Both the position numbers and the translations under genes were made by a program. The notes under the pieces are model-generated. The model was not told the DNA's origin. It saw only the letters and a list, made by a program, of their open reading frames with translations, and ran no database searches. Positions 1 through 9,376 of a DNA stretch of 64,000 bases are shown here, one piece after another (the stretch's first letter is position 1; each line of letters opens with the position of its first letter). The stretch lies in contig DAOTYJ010000115.1 in the NCBI GenBank assembly GCA_034434875.1, forward strand, positions 3,213-67,212, written 5' to 3'. The DNA is from Dehalococcoidia bacterium. GTDB taxonomy: Bacteria > Chloroflexota > Dehalococcoidia > JAUQQI01.

Positions 1-9
1 TAGACCCCC

Positions 10-1020
10 ATGGCCGGCCGCATCCTCCTGGCCGTTCTGGTTATTTGCCTGCTGGCTGCGCCCCTCTTTGTGAACCAGTTTGCCAACTTCGTCCTGAGCC
101 GGATGGCCGTCTACGCGGTGGTGGCCCTGGGCCTTAACCTGCTTACCGGCTACTCGGGGCAGATCTCCCTGGGCCACGGAGCCTTCTTCGCCATCGGGGC
201 CTACGGGGCGGCCATCGTCGCCAACCGGCTGGGTCTGCCGTGGCCCCTCTGCATCCTGGCCGGGGGGCTGGCGGCGGGGCTGGCCGGCTACCTGCTGGGC
301 TGGCCGTCCCTGCGGCTGACGGGCCCGTACCTGGCGATTGCGACCCTGGCCCTGGCCGTGGCCGTGCCCCAGGCCCTCCTCAAGTTCGAAGGCGTTACGG
401 GCGGGGTCCAGGGCCTCAAGCTATCCCAGCCCCGGTCCCCGGCCGGGCTGGGCCTGGCCCAGGACCAGTGGCTGGCGTACATCTGCCTGGTGACGGCCAT
501 GGCGATGGTCTGGCTCACCGTGAACCTGGTCCGGAGCCGCATCGGCCGGGCCTTCATCGCCCTGCGGGACAGCGAGATTGCGGCCCAGGCGGTGGGGGTC
601 AGCCTGTCCCGGTTTAAGACCCTGGCCTTCGCCATCAGCGCCTTCTACACCGGCCTGGCCGGAGGCCTTCTGGCCTACCTGCTCGGCTACATCGCCCCCG
701 ACGCCTTCACCCTGGTGGTCTCCATTGAGTTTCTGACCATGGTGGTCATCGGGGGGCTGGCCTCGGTGGCCGGGTCCGTTATCGGGGCGGCCATCATCGT
801 GGTCCTGCCCCTGCTCGGTTCGAACCTGACCGACTACCTGGCCGGACTCCTCAACCTGGTGGGCCTTTCGGCCGTCGGGGCCACCACCAAGGGCCTCATC
901 TGGGCCGTCTACGGGGTAATCCTGATCCTGGTAATGGTCTTTTTGCCCGGCGGACTGGTTAGCCTGTATTATAAGGCGAAGGACTTCTGGGCCGGGGCCT
1001 GGCCCAGGGAAAGGGGGTGA
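10..1020 (+). CDS. livM: branched-chain amino acid ABC transporter permease (LivM-like)
   Basis: 336-aa polytopic membrane protein; N-terminus MAGRILLAVLV...YAVVALGLNLLTGYSGQISLGHGAFFAIGAY is typical of LivM/HAAT permeases; preceded by a stop (tag at 1-3) of an upstream gene, consistent with an ABC operon. Confidence 0.8.
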   Translation: MAGRILLAVLVICLLAAPLFVNQFANFVLSRMAVYAVVALGLNLLTGYSGQISLGHGAFFAIGAYGAAIVANRLGLPWPLCILAGGLAAGLAGYLLGWPSLRLTGPYLAIATLALAVAVPQALLKFEGVTGGVQGLKLSQPRSPAGLGLAQDQWLAYICLVTAMAMVWLTVNLVRSRIGRAFIALRDSEIAAQAVGVSLSRFKTLAFAISAFYTGLAGGLLAYLLGYIAPDAFTLVVSIEFLTMVVIGGLASVAGSVIGAAIIVVLPLLGSNLTDYLAGLLNLVGLSAVGATTKGLIWAVYGVILILVMVFLPGGLVSLYYKAKDFWAGAWPRERG

Positions 1021-1086
1021 GACCCGGCGGGGTGTAAAAGCCTGTCATTTAACCGGCGGCAGATTCGGTGAAAGGAGGTCGGCTTC

Positions 1087-2306
1087 ATGACTCAGGGCAT
1101 CTGGAAGGCCGTGGTGTTTCTCGTTACCCTCGGGCTGGTTCTTCTGGCCTGCCGGGAGGCGCCCACCGGGGCCCCGGCCCCGGCTGGGCAGCAGGCCCCC
1201 AGGGTTACCGAGGTGGGGGTGACCGACGACAGCATCCTGCTGGGAACCCACCAGCCTATGAGCGGCCCGGCGGCCAGCTACTCGGTTATCCCCGGGCCTC
1301 CGAGATGTACTTTAAGTACATAAACGACCAGGGCGGGGTGAACGGGCGGAAGATTAGCTACAAGATCGAGGATGACGGCTACCAGCCGCCCCGAACCGTT
1401 GAGGTGGTAAAGAAGCTGGTGGAGCAGGACAAGGTCTTCGCCATCTTCAACGGCCTGGGCACCCCAACCCACAGCCAGGTCTTCGAGTGGCTGAACGAGA
1501 ACAAGGTCCCCGACATGTACATCGCCTCGGGGGCCACCAAGTGGACGGAGCCGGTTCGGCGCTACGTCTTCGCCTTTCAGCCCGACTACCGGGTTGAAGG
1601 GACCCTGCTGGCCCGGTACGCCATCCAGAACCTGCCCGGCAAAAAGGCCGGAATTTTCTACCAGAACGACGACTTCGGCAAGGACGGGGCCCGCTGGTTC
1701 GAAGAGACCCTCAAAAAGGCCAACTACCCGGTGGTGGCCCGGGAAAGCTTCGAGGTTGCGGCCACCGATATGTCGTCGCAGATCATCAAGCTTCGGGACG
1801 CCGGGGCCGAAGTGGTGCTCCTCTTCTGCGTGCCCAGGCCGTGCGCCCTGTTCTTAAAGCAGGCCGAACAGCTCGGCTATAAGGCCACGTTCCTTATGAG
1901 CGCCGTCTCCAACGACCCCGAGATGTTCAACACGGCCGGCCCGTCGGCCATGGAAGGGGTGATCACCCTGGGCTGGCTGCCCCTCTTCGACGACACCAGC
2001 AACCCCCGCATTCGCCAGCACCACGAGCTGTTGCAAAAATACGCCCCGGGCCTCCAGCCCCAGAACTTCACCGTCTACGGCCAGGCGGCGGCCGAGATCA
2101 TGGTCGAAACCCTGCGCCGGGCCGGTCGGGAACTGACCCGGGAGAAGCTCATCGACGCCGCCGAAGGCATCAAGGACTGGAAGGACAACATCGCCGGCAT
2201 CGCCGTCACCATGGGTCCCAACGACCACCGGCCCTTCAAGGCGATGCGCTACATGAAGTTCACCGGCGGCCGGATCATCTTCATCTCAGACTTCCAGTAC
2301 GAGTAA
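1087..2306 (+). pseudogene. branched-chain amino acid ABC transporter substrate-binding lipoprotein (LivK-like), interrupted by a frameshift at ~1290-1296
   Basis: Frame 1 (1087-1323) encodes a signal peptide + lipobox (LVLLAC) and a conserved ...THQPMSGPAASYSVIP segment; the rest of the family signature (ASEMYFKYINDQGGVNGRKISYKIEDDGYQP...) continues in another frame (ORF 1068-2306). The switch falls in a cccc/ggg homopolymer (1291-1296); one extra C would give SYSVIPRASEMYFKY in one frame. Confidence 0.7.
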
Positions 2307-2356
2307 AAACCCAAGTTTCCGGCCGGAGCGGCCGCCATTGGCCGCCCCGGCCGGCC

Positions 2357-3115
2357 TTAATCTTCCTCGGGGACCGAAAGGGGGGCGGCCCGGTACTCCT
2401 GGAGGCGCTTGCGGACGAACAGGATAACCAGCACCAGCAGGCCGGCAATAATGGGAATGTCCAGGGGCCGCATCACGGCCCGGATGGACTCCCAGTGCTC
2501 CCCGAGGAGGTACCCGGCGTAGGCCAGGCCCACCGACCAGGGGAACGACCCGATAAAGGTGAGGCCGAGGAACAGTGGAAAGTTCATCCGGGCGATGCCG
2601 GCCGGAAAGCTTATAAAAGTCCGGACCACCGGCAGCAGCCGGGAGAAGAAGACGGCCCAGGCCCCGTATTTGGCAAACCAGCCCTCGGCGACCGCCAGGT
2701 CGTGGCGGCTGATTAAAACCCAGCGGCCGTAGCGCTCTAAAAAGGGCCGGCCGCCGACGGCCCCGACCCAGTAGGCCACCGCCGACCCGACGGCGTTGCC
2801 GGCCGCCCCGGCCAGCCCGGCCAGCAGCAGATACTCCGGGCCCAGGCCGGGCCGCTGGATGAGCATCCAGCCGGCCAGGGGCATGATAAGCTCGGAGGGC
2901 AGGGGAATGCAGGCGCTCTCGACGGCCATCAGGACGGCCACGCCGTACCAGCCGATGGCCTGGTAGACCTGCGCAATCCAGGCCAGGATGAGGGCCTCGA
3001 TTTCGGCAACCACCAGCCCACAATATACCAGGAACCGACCCCTTCCTGCCAGCGGAACGGCCTTGCTGGTCGGCTTTCCGGTTGGAGCCAGCCCTTGGTC
3101 GGGGCGCCCTGACAA
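2357..3115 (-). CDS. DedA/SNARE-associated family membrane protein (start codon uncertain, probably internal near 3060)
   Basis: Conserved DedA core ...VLMAVESACIPLPSELIMPLAGWM...YGAWAVFFSRLLPVVRTFISFPAGIARMNF...; the N-terminal 20-30 aa of the ORF look like read-through extension. Confidence 0.7.
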   Translation of the reverse strand: MSGRPDQGLAPTGKPTSKAVPLAGRGRFLVYCGLVVAEIEALILAWIAQVYQAIGWYGVAVLMAVESACIPLPSELIMPLAGWMLIQRPGLGPEYLLLAGLAGAAGNAVGSAVAYWVGAVGGRPFLERYGRWVLISRHDLAVAEGWFAKYGAWAVFFSRLLPVVRTFISFPAGIARMNFPLFLGLTFIGSFPWSVGLAYAGYLLGEHWESIRAVMRPLDIPIIAGLLVLVILFVRKRLQEYRAAPLSVPEED

Positions 3116-3192
3116 GAGGGGTTGGGCCCGGTCCTGGCGGTGGGTTCTTGCGGGAACGCCGGCTAAAAGCTCAGGGGGGACGTCCCACCAGG

Positions 3193-3804
3193 ATGGGCAT
3201 AGGTTTACAACCCGTCGGCCCGGCCATCGGGTTCTTTTACACCTGGTGGCGGGGCGACCCTTTAGTTCTGCTGCCGCCCTTAAGCGGCCTGATGGTCGGG
3301 CCGGCTTCCGACCCCCGGGTCCTCGGGGCCCTTGCGGGCCTTCCGCCGGCCGAGGTTGAAAGGCGGTTTGCGTCCGGCCACCGGGCCTACGTGGGGTGGA
3401 TTGACGGGCGACCGGTGGCCTACGGCTGGGTGGCCACGGCCGGGGCGGAAATCGGGGAGCTGGGGCTGGCCTTTAAATTGCCCCCGGCCAACCGCTACCT
3501 TTGGGATTTCTTCACCCTACCCCCCTGGCGGGGCCTCGGCATCTACCCCCGCCTTCTCCAGATGATTCTTCAGCGGGAAGAAGACGCCGAAAGGTTCTGG
3601 GTCGGCCACGACGCCCCCAACCTCCCCTCCCGCCGGGGCATCTTAAAGGCCGGCTTCCAGGAGGTGGGCCGGGTCCACCGGACCGCCGCCGGCGACCTGG
3701 TGCTGGTGCCCACCGCCCACCCGGAGCGGGCGCTGGCGGCCGCCCGGCTGCTCGGAATCCGGCTCCTGGCCGGGCCGATGGCGGGCTTAACTGGCGGCCC
3801 CTAG
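3193..3804 (+). CDS. GNAT-family N-acetyltransferase-like protein
   Basis: ORF 3082-3804 trimmed to the ATG at 3193 (AGGGGGGA upstream); motif region GWVATAGAEIGELGLAFKLPPANRYLWDFFTLPPWRGLGIYPRLL resembles the acetyl-CoA binding fold of GNAT/FemAB-like acyltransferases. Confidence 0.55.
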   Translation: MGIGLQPVGPAIGFFYTWWRGDPLVLLPPLSGLMVGPASDPRVLGALAGLPPAEVERRFASGHRAYVGWIDGRPVAYGWVATAGAEIGELGLAFKLPPANRYLWDFFTLPPWRGLGIYPRLLQMILQREEDAERFWVGHDAPNLPSRRGILKAGFQEVGRVHRTAAGDLVLVPTAHPERALAAARLLGIRLLAGPMAGLTGGP

Positions 3805-4248
3805 GCGGGCCTCCAGTTCGGCCAGCCGGGCTCGGAGGGCCCTTTCTTCCCCCCACCGCCGGGTCACGTCCCGGATGATGGCGGCCACCCCGACCATCCG
3901 GCCGGCCCCATCCCTGACCGGAACGATGGTGAACTCGATGGAGGCCCGGCTTCCGTCCTTGCGCAGGGCCGGCACTTTGAGCAGGTCCCGGCCGTACTTG
4001 GTAACCCCCGTCGCCATCACCCGGTGATACCCTTCCCAGTGGCGGGCCCGGTGTTTCTCGGGGATGATGAGGTCCAGGCTCTGACCGAGGGCCTCTGCGG
4101 CCGTGTACCCGAAGGTCTCTTCGGCCCCAGTATTCCAGAGGCGGATCCTGCCTTCCCGGTCGGCAAAGATGATGGCGTCGTGGGCCTCTTCGACGATGCG
4201 GCGGCAGAGCCACTCGGGGGATATGCTGTCCGACATCACCGGCGTCAC
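3787..4248 (-). CDS. standalone PAS-domain sensor protein
   Basis: 153 aa; AIIFADREGRIRLWNTGAEETFGYTAAEALGQSLDLIIPEKHRARHWEGY...ASIEFTIVPVRDGAGRMVGVAAIIRDVT is a canonical PAS fold with no output domain; its 3' end overlaps the convergent GNAT gene by 18 nt. Confidence 0.7.
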   Translation of the reverse strand: MTPVMSDSISPEWLCRRIVEEAHDAIIFADREGRIRLWNTGAEETFGYTAAEALGQSLDLIIPEKHRARHWEGYHRVMATGVTKYGRDLLKVPALRKDGSRASIEFTIVPVRDGAGRMVGVAAIIRDVTRRWGEERALRARLAELEARLGAAS

Positions 4249-4420
4249 CTCAAAAGGCAGTCTTTTTATTTTAACGCCGGCCGGGGCTTTTTAATCAGTC
4301 GCCGGGCCGTCTTCACAGGGGCCAGAGCCCCCATCGGGTGGGCGGGTAAAAGGGCCGGGTTTTCGGTTATCATCTATCGGTCAGCCTAAACCAAAGCCCC
4401 AGACCCAAGGAGGGTAACCG

Positions 4421-6790
4421 ATGGTTCAGGTTTCCGGAAGGCTGGTCGGCTCCCCCGTAAGGCGCACCGAGGACCTCCGACTGGTCACCGGACGGGGAAC
4501 CTACGTGGATAACGTCAAGATTCCGGGCCTGCTTTTCCTGGCGGTTCTCCGGAGCCCCTACCCCCACGCCCGCATCACCCGCCTGGACGTTGCCCGGGCG
4601 ACCCGGGCCCCGGGGGTCCTGGCCGTCCTGACCGGGCCGGACCTGCTGGCCGCCGGCCTCAAGCCGATGCCCTGCGGCTGGCAGCTGCCCGAATCGGTGG
4701 TCCCCCCGCGGTATGCCCTGGCCGTGGACCGGGTCCGGTACGTGGGGGAGCCGGTGGCGGCGGTGGTGGCCGAAGGCCGCTACCGGGCCCGGGACCTGCT
4801 GGAGCTCATCGACGTAGAATACGAGCCTTTGCCGGCCGTGGTCGACCAGGAGGAGGCCGTCCGGCCCGGGGCGCCCCAGCTTCACCCGGAGGCCCCCGGA
4901 AACATCTGCTTTCGGCGGGCCGTGTCGGGGGGCGATTGGGAGCAGGCGGTGCGGGAGGCCGATGGGGTTATTCGCCAGCGGGTCGTGGTCCAGCGGCTGG
5001 TGCCCAGCCCCATGGAGCCCCGGGCGACCACGGCCTGGTATCAGCCGGAGACCGACCAGCTTACCCTCTGGGCCTCGACCCAGGCCCCCCACCTGGTCCG
5101 CCAGTGGCTCTGCGAGGTGATGCCCCACCCCGAGCACAGGGTCCGGGTGATTTCAGGGGACGTGGGGGGCGGCTTCGGGGCCAAGATCTTTCTTTACCCC
5201 GAAGATGTGCTGGTGGCCTTTGCCAGCCGGAAGCTGGGCCGGCCGGTTCGCTGGGTGGAAACCCGGAGCGAAAACTTCCTGGGAATGACCCACGGCCGGG
5301 ACCACGTCACTTACCTGGAAGTGGCCTACCGCCGGGACGGGACCATCCTAGGCCTCAAGCTGACAACCTACGCCAACATTGGGGCCTACGTTTCCCCCTT
5401 CGCCATGGTGGTCCCCGGCATCCGGTTCATCTCGATGCTGAGCGGCACTTACGCCATCCCCCACATCTTCGGGGAGGTCTACGGGGTCTTTACCAACACG
5501 GTGCCGGTGGACGCCTACCGGGGGGCCGGACGGCCCGAAGCCGCCTACTACATCGAGCGGGCGGTGGACCTGGTGGCCGCCGAGCTCGGCCTCGACCCCG
5601 CCGACGTAAGGCGTAAGAACTTCATCCCACCTTTTGATAACTATTACCGGACCGCCATCGGCACCGTTTACGACAGCGGCGACTACCCGGGGGCCTTAGA
5701 AAAGCTTTTACAGCTGGCCGAATACCAAAAGTTGCGGGCCGAGCAGGAGCGGTTCCGGCGGGAGGGGCGGCTGGTGGGAATCGGCCTCTCGACCTACGTT
5801 GAGGTCACGGCCGGCGGCCCCAGCGTCGGTTCCGTCCAGGCGGGGAAACGGGCCGGGAACTTCGAGTCGGCCCTGGTCAGGGTTCACCCCTCGGGCAAAG
5901 TTACGGTTTACACCGGGGCCCACGCCACCGGCCAGGGCCACGAGACCACCTTCGCCCAGCTGGTCGCCGACCGGCTGGGGATTCCCTTCGAGGATGTGGA
6001 GGTGGTCCACGGGGACACGGCCGCCCTGCCCTACGGCCTGGGCAGTTACGGCAGCCGGACGGTTCAGGTGGCGGGCTCGGCCATATACCTGGCCTGCGAG
6101 CGGGTGCTGGAAAAGGCCCGCAAAATCGCGGCTTACCTGCTCGAGGCCGACGAGGCCGACGTCGTCTTTGAGAACGGCCGGTTCTTCGTCCGGGGCGCCC
6201 CCGGCCGGGCCGTGACCTTCCAGGAGGTCGCCCAGGAGGCGTATATTCCCAGCCGGCTGCCCCCCGGCTTTGAGCCGGGCCTGGAGGCGGTGGCCTTCTT
6301 CGACCCCAGCTCCCCCACCTACCCCTTTGGGGCCCACCTGGCCCTGGTGGAGGTGGACCCGGAGACCGGGGTCGTAAAGCTTCTCCGCTACGTGGCCGTG
6401 GACGACTGCGGCAAAATCATCAACCCGATGCTCACCGAGGGCCTCATCCACGGCGGGGTCGCCCAGGGGGTGGGTCAGGCCCTCTGGGAGCGGGCGGTCT
6501 ACGACGAAAACGGCTACCTGCTTACGGGCAGTTTTCTCGACTATGCCGTGCCCATCGCCGAGTACCTGCCCTCCTTCGAGACGGAGGCCATCGAGGTTCC
6601 CTCCCCGGCCAACCCGCTGGGGGCGAAGGGCATCGGCGAATCGGGCACCATCGGGGCCCCGGCGGCCGTGGCCAACGCCGTGCTGGATGCCCTCAAGCCC
6701 CTGGGCATCCGGCACATCGATACCCCCCTTACCCCCGAAAGGGTCTGGCGGGCCCTCCAGGAGGCCCGGGCGGGCCGGTCCCAGGGGTGA
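4421..6790 (+). CDS. xanthine dehydrogenase-family molybdopterin-binding large subunit (form II CoxL-like, AYRGAGR motif)
   Basis: 789 aa; N-terminal GSPVRRTEDLRLVTGRGTYVDN, active-site loop VPVDAYRGAGRPEAAY, C-terminal GESGTIGAPAAVANAV; RBS AAGGAGGG 6 nt upstream of ATG. Confidence 0.85.
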   Translation: MVQVSGRLVGSPVRRTEDLRLVTGRGTYVDNVKIPGLLFLAVLRSPYPHARITRLDVARATRAPGVLAVLTGPDLLAAGLKPMPCGWQLPESVVPPRYALAVDRVRYVGEPVAAVVAEGRYRARDLLELIDVEYEPLPAVVDQEEAVRPGAPQLHPEAPGNICFRRAVSGGDWEQAVREADGVIRQRVVVQRLVPSPMEPRATTAWYQPETDQLTLWASTQAPHLVRQWLCEVMPHPEHRVRVISGDVGGGFGAKIFLYPEDVLVAFASRKLGRPVRWVETRSENFLGMTHGRDHVTYLEVAYRRDGTILGLKLTTYANIGAYVSPFAMVVPGIRFISMLSGTYAIPHIFGEVYGVFTNTVPVDAYRGAGRPEAAYYIERAVDLVAAELGLDPADVRRKNFIPPFDNYYRTAIGTVYDSGDYPGALEKLLQLAEYQKLRAEQERFRREGRLVGIGLSTYVEVTAGGPSVGSVQAGKRAGNFESALVRVHPSGKVTVYTGAHATGQGHETTFAQLVADRLGIPFEDVEVVHGDTAALPYGLGSYGSRTVQVAGSAIYLACERVLEKARKIAAYLLEADEADVVFENGRFFVRGAPGRAVTFQEVAQEAYIPSRLPPGFEPGLEAVAFFDPSSPTYPFGAHLALVEVDPETGVVKLLRYVAVDDCGKIINPMLTEGLIHGGVAQGVGQALWERAVYDENGYLLTGSFLDYAVPIAEYLPSFETEAIEVPSPANPLGAKGIGESGTIGAPAAVANAVLDALKPLGIRHIDTPLTPERVWRALQEARAGRSQG

Positions 6791-7977
6791 TGCTTCCCCT
6801 CGAGGGGATCCGGGTCCTGGACCTTTCCCGCCAGCTTCCGGGGCCCTTCTGCACCTGGCTTCTGGCCGACCTGGGGGCGGACGTGGTCCGCATTGAGGAC
6901 CCGGCGGCCGTCGCCCGGGCCCGGGGCTCGGCGGGCGGGTCCGCCCCGGCCGAGGCCGGCTACGACCCCCGCCGGCAGGTCCTTAACCGCAACAAGCGGA
7001 GCCTGATTTTAAACTTAAAGGTCCCGGCCGGGCGGGAGGTCTTCTACCGGCTGGCCGAAAAGGCCGACGTGGTGGTTGAGGGCTTCCGGCCGGGCGTGAC
7101 CCGGCGGCTGGGCATCGACTATGAGACTCTGGCCGGGAAAAACCCCCGGCTGGTTTACTGCTCCCTTTCGGGCTGGGGTCAGACCGGCCCTTACCGGGAG
7201 GTGGCCGGCCACGACGTTAATTACCTGGCGGTGGCCGGGGTCCTGGACCTTACCGGCCCGGCCGACGGGCCGCCGGTGATTCCCGGGGTCCAGGTGGCGG
7301 ACATCGGGGGCGGGGCCCTGATGGCGGCCTTCGGCATCATGGTGGCCCTCTTCCACCGGGAGCGGACGGGCCGGGGCCAGTATATCGACGTGTCGATGTT
7401 GGACGGGGCCGTGGCCTGGCTGGCCCACATCGTCGGCCGGTTTTTAAGCGGGGAGGGCTGGGGGCGGGGCCGGGGCCTGCTGAACGGCGGGGTCCCCTGC
7501 TACAACATCTACCCGACGGCCGACGGCAGGTACCTGGCCGTGGGGGCCCTGGAGCCCTGGTTCTGGGCCAACCTCTGCCGACGGCTCGGCCGGGAAGACC
7601 TGATCCCGAAGCAGTTCGCCGCCGGCCCCGAGGGGGAGGCGGTCCGGGCCGAGCTGGCGGCCATCTTTAAGACCCGGACCCGGGACGAGTGGGCGGCGGA
7701 GCTTATGGGGGCCGACACCTGCGTGGCCCCGGTTAAGGAGCTCTCCGAGGCCCTGGCCGACCCGCAGGTGCAGGCCCGGCAGATGCTCTTGGAGTTCGAA
7801 GACCCCCGCTACGGCCGCGTCCGGCAGGTGGGCTTTCCCATCAAGTTCTCGGCAACCCCGGCCCGGGTCCGGCACCTGGGCGGGCCCCTGGGGGCCGATA
7901 CCGACCCCATTCTGGGGGAGCTGGGCTATTCCGCGGCCGAAATCGAGGGCCTCCGGCGGGCCGGGGCCGTTCAGTAG
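6787..7977 (+). CDS. CaiB/BaiF family class-III CoA-transferase
   Basis: 396 aa; LEGIRVLDLSRQLPGPFCTWLLADLGADVVRIE...VVVEGFRPGV...GHDVNYLA are family hallmarks; GTGA start/stop overlap with the upstream CoxL-like gene. Confidence 0.85.
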   Translation: MMLPLEGIRVLDLSRQLPGPFCTWLLADLGADVVRIEDPAAVARARGSAGGSAPAEAGYDPRRQVLNRNKRSLILNLKVPAGREVFYRLAEKADVVVEGFRPGVTRRLGIDYETLAGKNPRLVYCSLSGWGQTGPYREVAGHDVNYLAVAGVLDLTGPADGPPVIPGVQVADIGGGALMAAFGIMVALFHRERTGRGQYIDVSMLDGAVAWLAHIVGRFLSGEGWGRGRGLLNGGVPCYNIYPTADGRYLAVGALEPWFWANLCRRLGREDLIPKQFAAGPEGEAVRAELAAIFKTRTRDEWAAELMGADTCVAPVKELSEALADPQVQARQMLLEFEDPRYGRVRQVGFPIKFSATPARVRHLGGPLGADTDPILGELGYSAAEIEGLRRAGAVQ

Positions 7978-9368
7978 GCCCCCCGACCCGTGATGACGGC
8001 CGGGACCGTCTGGAGCAGAATCTTTATATCCAGCCAGATGGACCAGTTCTCGATGTAGTAAAGGTCCAGAAGGACCATCTCGTCGAAGGGCAGGTCGCTG
8101 CGGCCCTTCACCTGCCAGAGGCCGGTGAGGCCCGGGGAGACCTCGAGCCGCCGCCGGTGCCAGGGCTCATACAGCTCCCACTCCTCCGGCACCGGGGGGC
8201 GGGGTCCCACCAGGCTCATCTCCCCCCGCAGCACGTTGATGAGCTGGGGGATCTCGTCCAGGCTGAGCCGGCGCAGGATGCGGCCCACCCGGGTTCGGCG
8301 GGGGTCGTTGCGGATTTTAAAGAGGGGCCCGGTGGCCTCGTTAAGGTCTTTAAGCTTTTCTTTCTCCTGCTCGGCCCCCACGTGCATCGACCGGAACTTG
8401 TAGAGGACAAAGGGCCGCCCGTTTTTCCCCACCCGAACCTGCCGGATGAGGGCGGGGCCGGGCGAATCGAGCCGGATCAGGAGGGCGATGAAAAGCCAGA
8501 GGGGCAAAAGGCCCAGAAGGACCAGGCCGGCCACGGCGATGTCGATGGCCCGCTTAACCAGCAGGCTGGTGGGGCTCAGGTTCTGGGGGCTTAAGCTTAC
8601 CAGGGGTATCCCGTCCAGGTCGTCCACGTTCACCCGGCGCAGGCTTATCTCGTAAAGGTCCGGGACGACCCGGAAGTCGAGGCCGGCCCGGCGGCAGCCC
8701 CGAACCAGCTCCATCAGCCGCCCGTGGGAGACGTTGGGCTGGGCGATGATGAACTCGTCGACCTTAAGCTCCCGGGCGACCTTCTCGGCGGCGCTTAGGG
8801 GCCCCAGCCAGCGGAAACGGCCGATGTCGTCGGTCACCTGGTCGTCGAGGAAGCCCAGGAGCCGGTAGCCCCGCCCGCTTCCGGTGGTTAAGGTGTGCAT
8901 CACCAGCTGGGCCAGGGGGCCCGCCCCGATCACCACCGTCTGCCGGACGCCGATTCCCCGCCGCCGGAGAAGGGCCAGAACCCCCCGGCCGCCCAGCCGG
9001 AAGGCGAGGGTGAAGGCGGCCCCGGCCGCCCAGGCGAATACAAAGAGCAGGCGGGAATAGGGGTAGCCGTAGTAAAGAAAGGCGGCCGCCAGCAAGAGCA
9101 TCGACCCCACGCTGGTGGAGGCCACCAGCCTCCCCGCCTCGTCCAGAAGGGAGTCCCGGAAGGGCCGGGCGTAGACCCCGGCGATGCCGTAACCGGCCGT
9201 AAGCAGGGCGGCGAAGGCCAGCTGCAGGGGCACCAGGTCGGCGTAGGGGACAAAGCTGGCCTCCGGCACCTCCCGGCCCAGCTCCAGAACATACCGGCCG
9301 TAGTAGGCCAGGGCGAAGGCCCCGTTAAGCAGGACAAAATCAACCAGGGCGACCCCGAGCCTGAGCAT
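7971..9368 (-). CDS. polyprenyl-phosphate sugar phosphotransferase (WbaP/bacterial sugar transferase family), initiating glycosyltransferase
   Basis: 465 aa; N-terminal TM helices then C-terminal catalytic domain KRAIDIAVAGLVLLGLLPLWLFIALLIRLDSPGPALIRQVRVGKNGRPFVLYKFRSM...DEIPQLINVLRGEMSLVGPRP...LEVSPGLTGLWQV. Confidence 0.85.
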   Translation of the reverse strand: MLRLGVALVDFVLLNGAFALAYYGRYVLELGREVPEASFVPYADLVPLQLAFAALLTAGYGIAGVYARPFRDSLLDEAGRLVASTSVGSMLLLAAAFLYYGYPYSRLLFVFAWAAGAAFTLAFRLGGRGVLALLRRRGIGVRQTVVIGAGPLAQLVMHTLTTGSGRGYRLLGFLDDQVTDDIGRFRWLGPLSAAEKVARELKVDEFIIAQPNVSHGRLMELVRGCRRAGLDFRVVPDLYEISLRRVNVDDLDGIPLVSLSPQNLSPTSLLVKRAIDIAVAGLVLLGLLPLWLFIALLIRLDSPGPALIRQVRVGKNGRPFVLYKFRSMHVGAEQEKEKLKDLNEATGPLFKIRNDPRRTRVGRILRRLSLDEIPQLINVLRGEMSLVGPRPPVPEEWELYEPWHRRRLEVSPGLTGLWQVKGRSDLPFDEMVLLDLYYIENWSIWLDIKILLQTVPAVITGRGAY

Positions 9369-9376
9369 GGTTCCCC

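Noticed and set aside
240-635. overlapping ORFs inside livM on both strands
   Set aside because: They lie inside a gene with a clear transporter signature, and their translations are low-complexity.
2307-2356. possible bidirectional terminator between the convergent SBP and dedA genes
   Set aside because: It is GC-rich with palindromic CCGGCCGG pieces, but I could not draw a clean stem-loop with a U-tract.
3501-4213. 125-233-aa ORFs overlapping the GNAT and PAS genes
   Set aside because: They are Pro/Arg/Gly-rich frames antisense to, or offset from, genes with recognisable folds.
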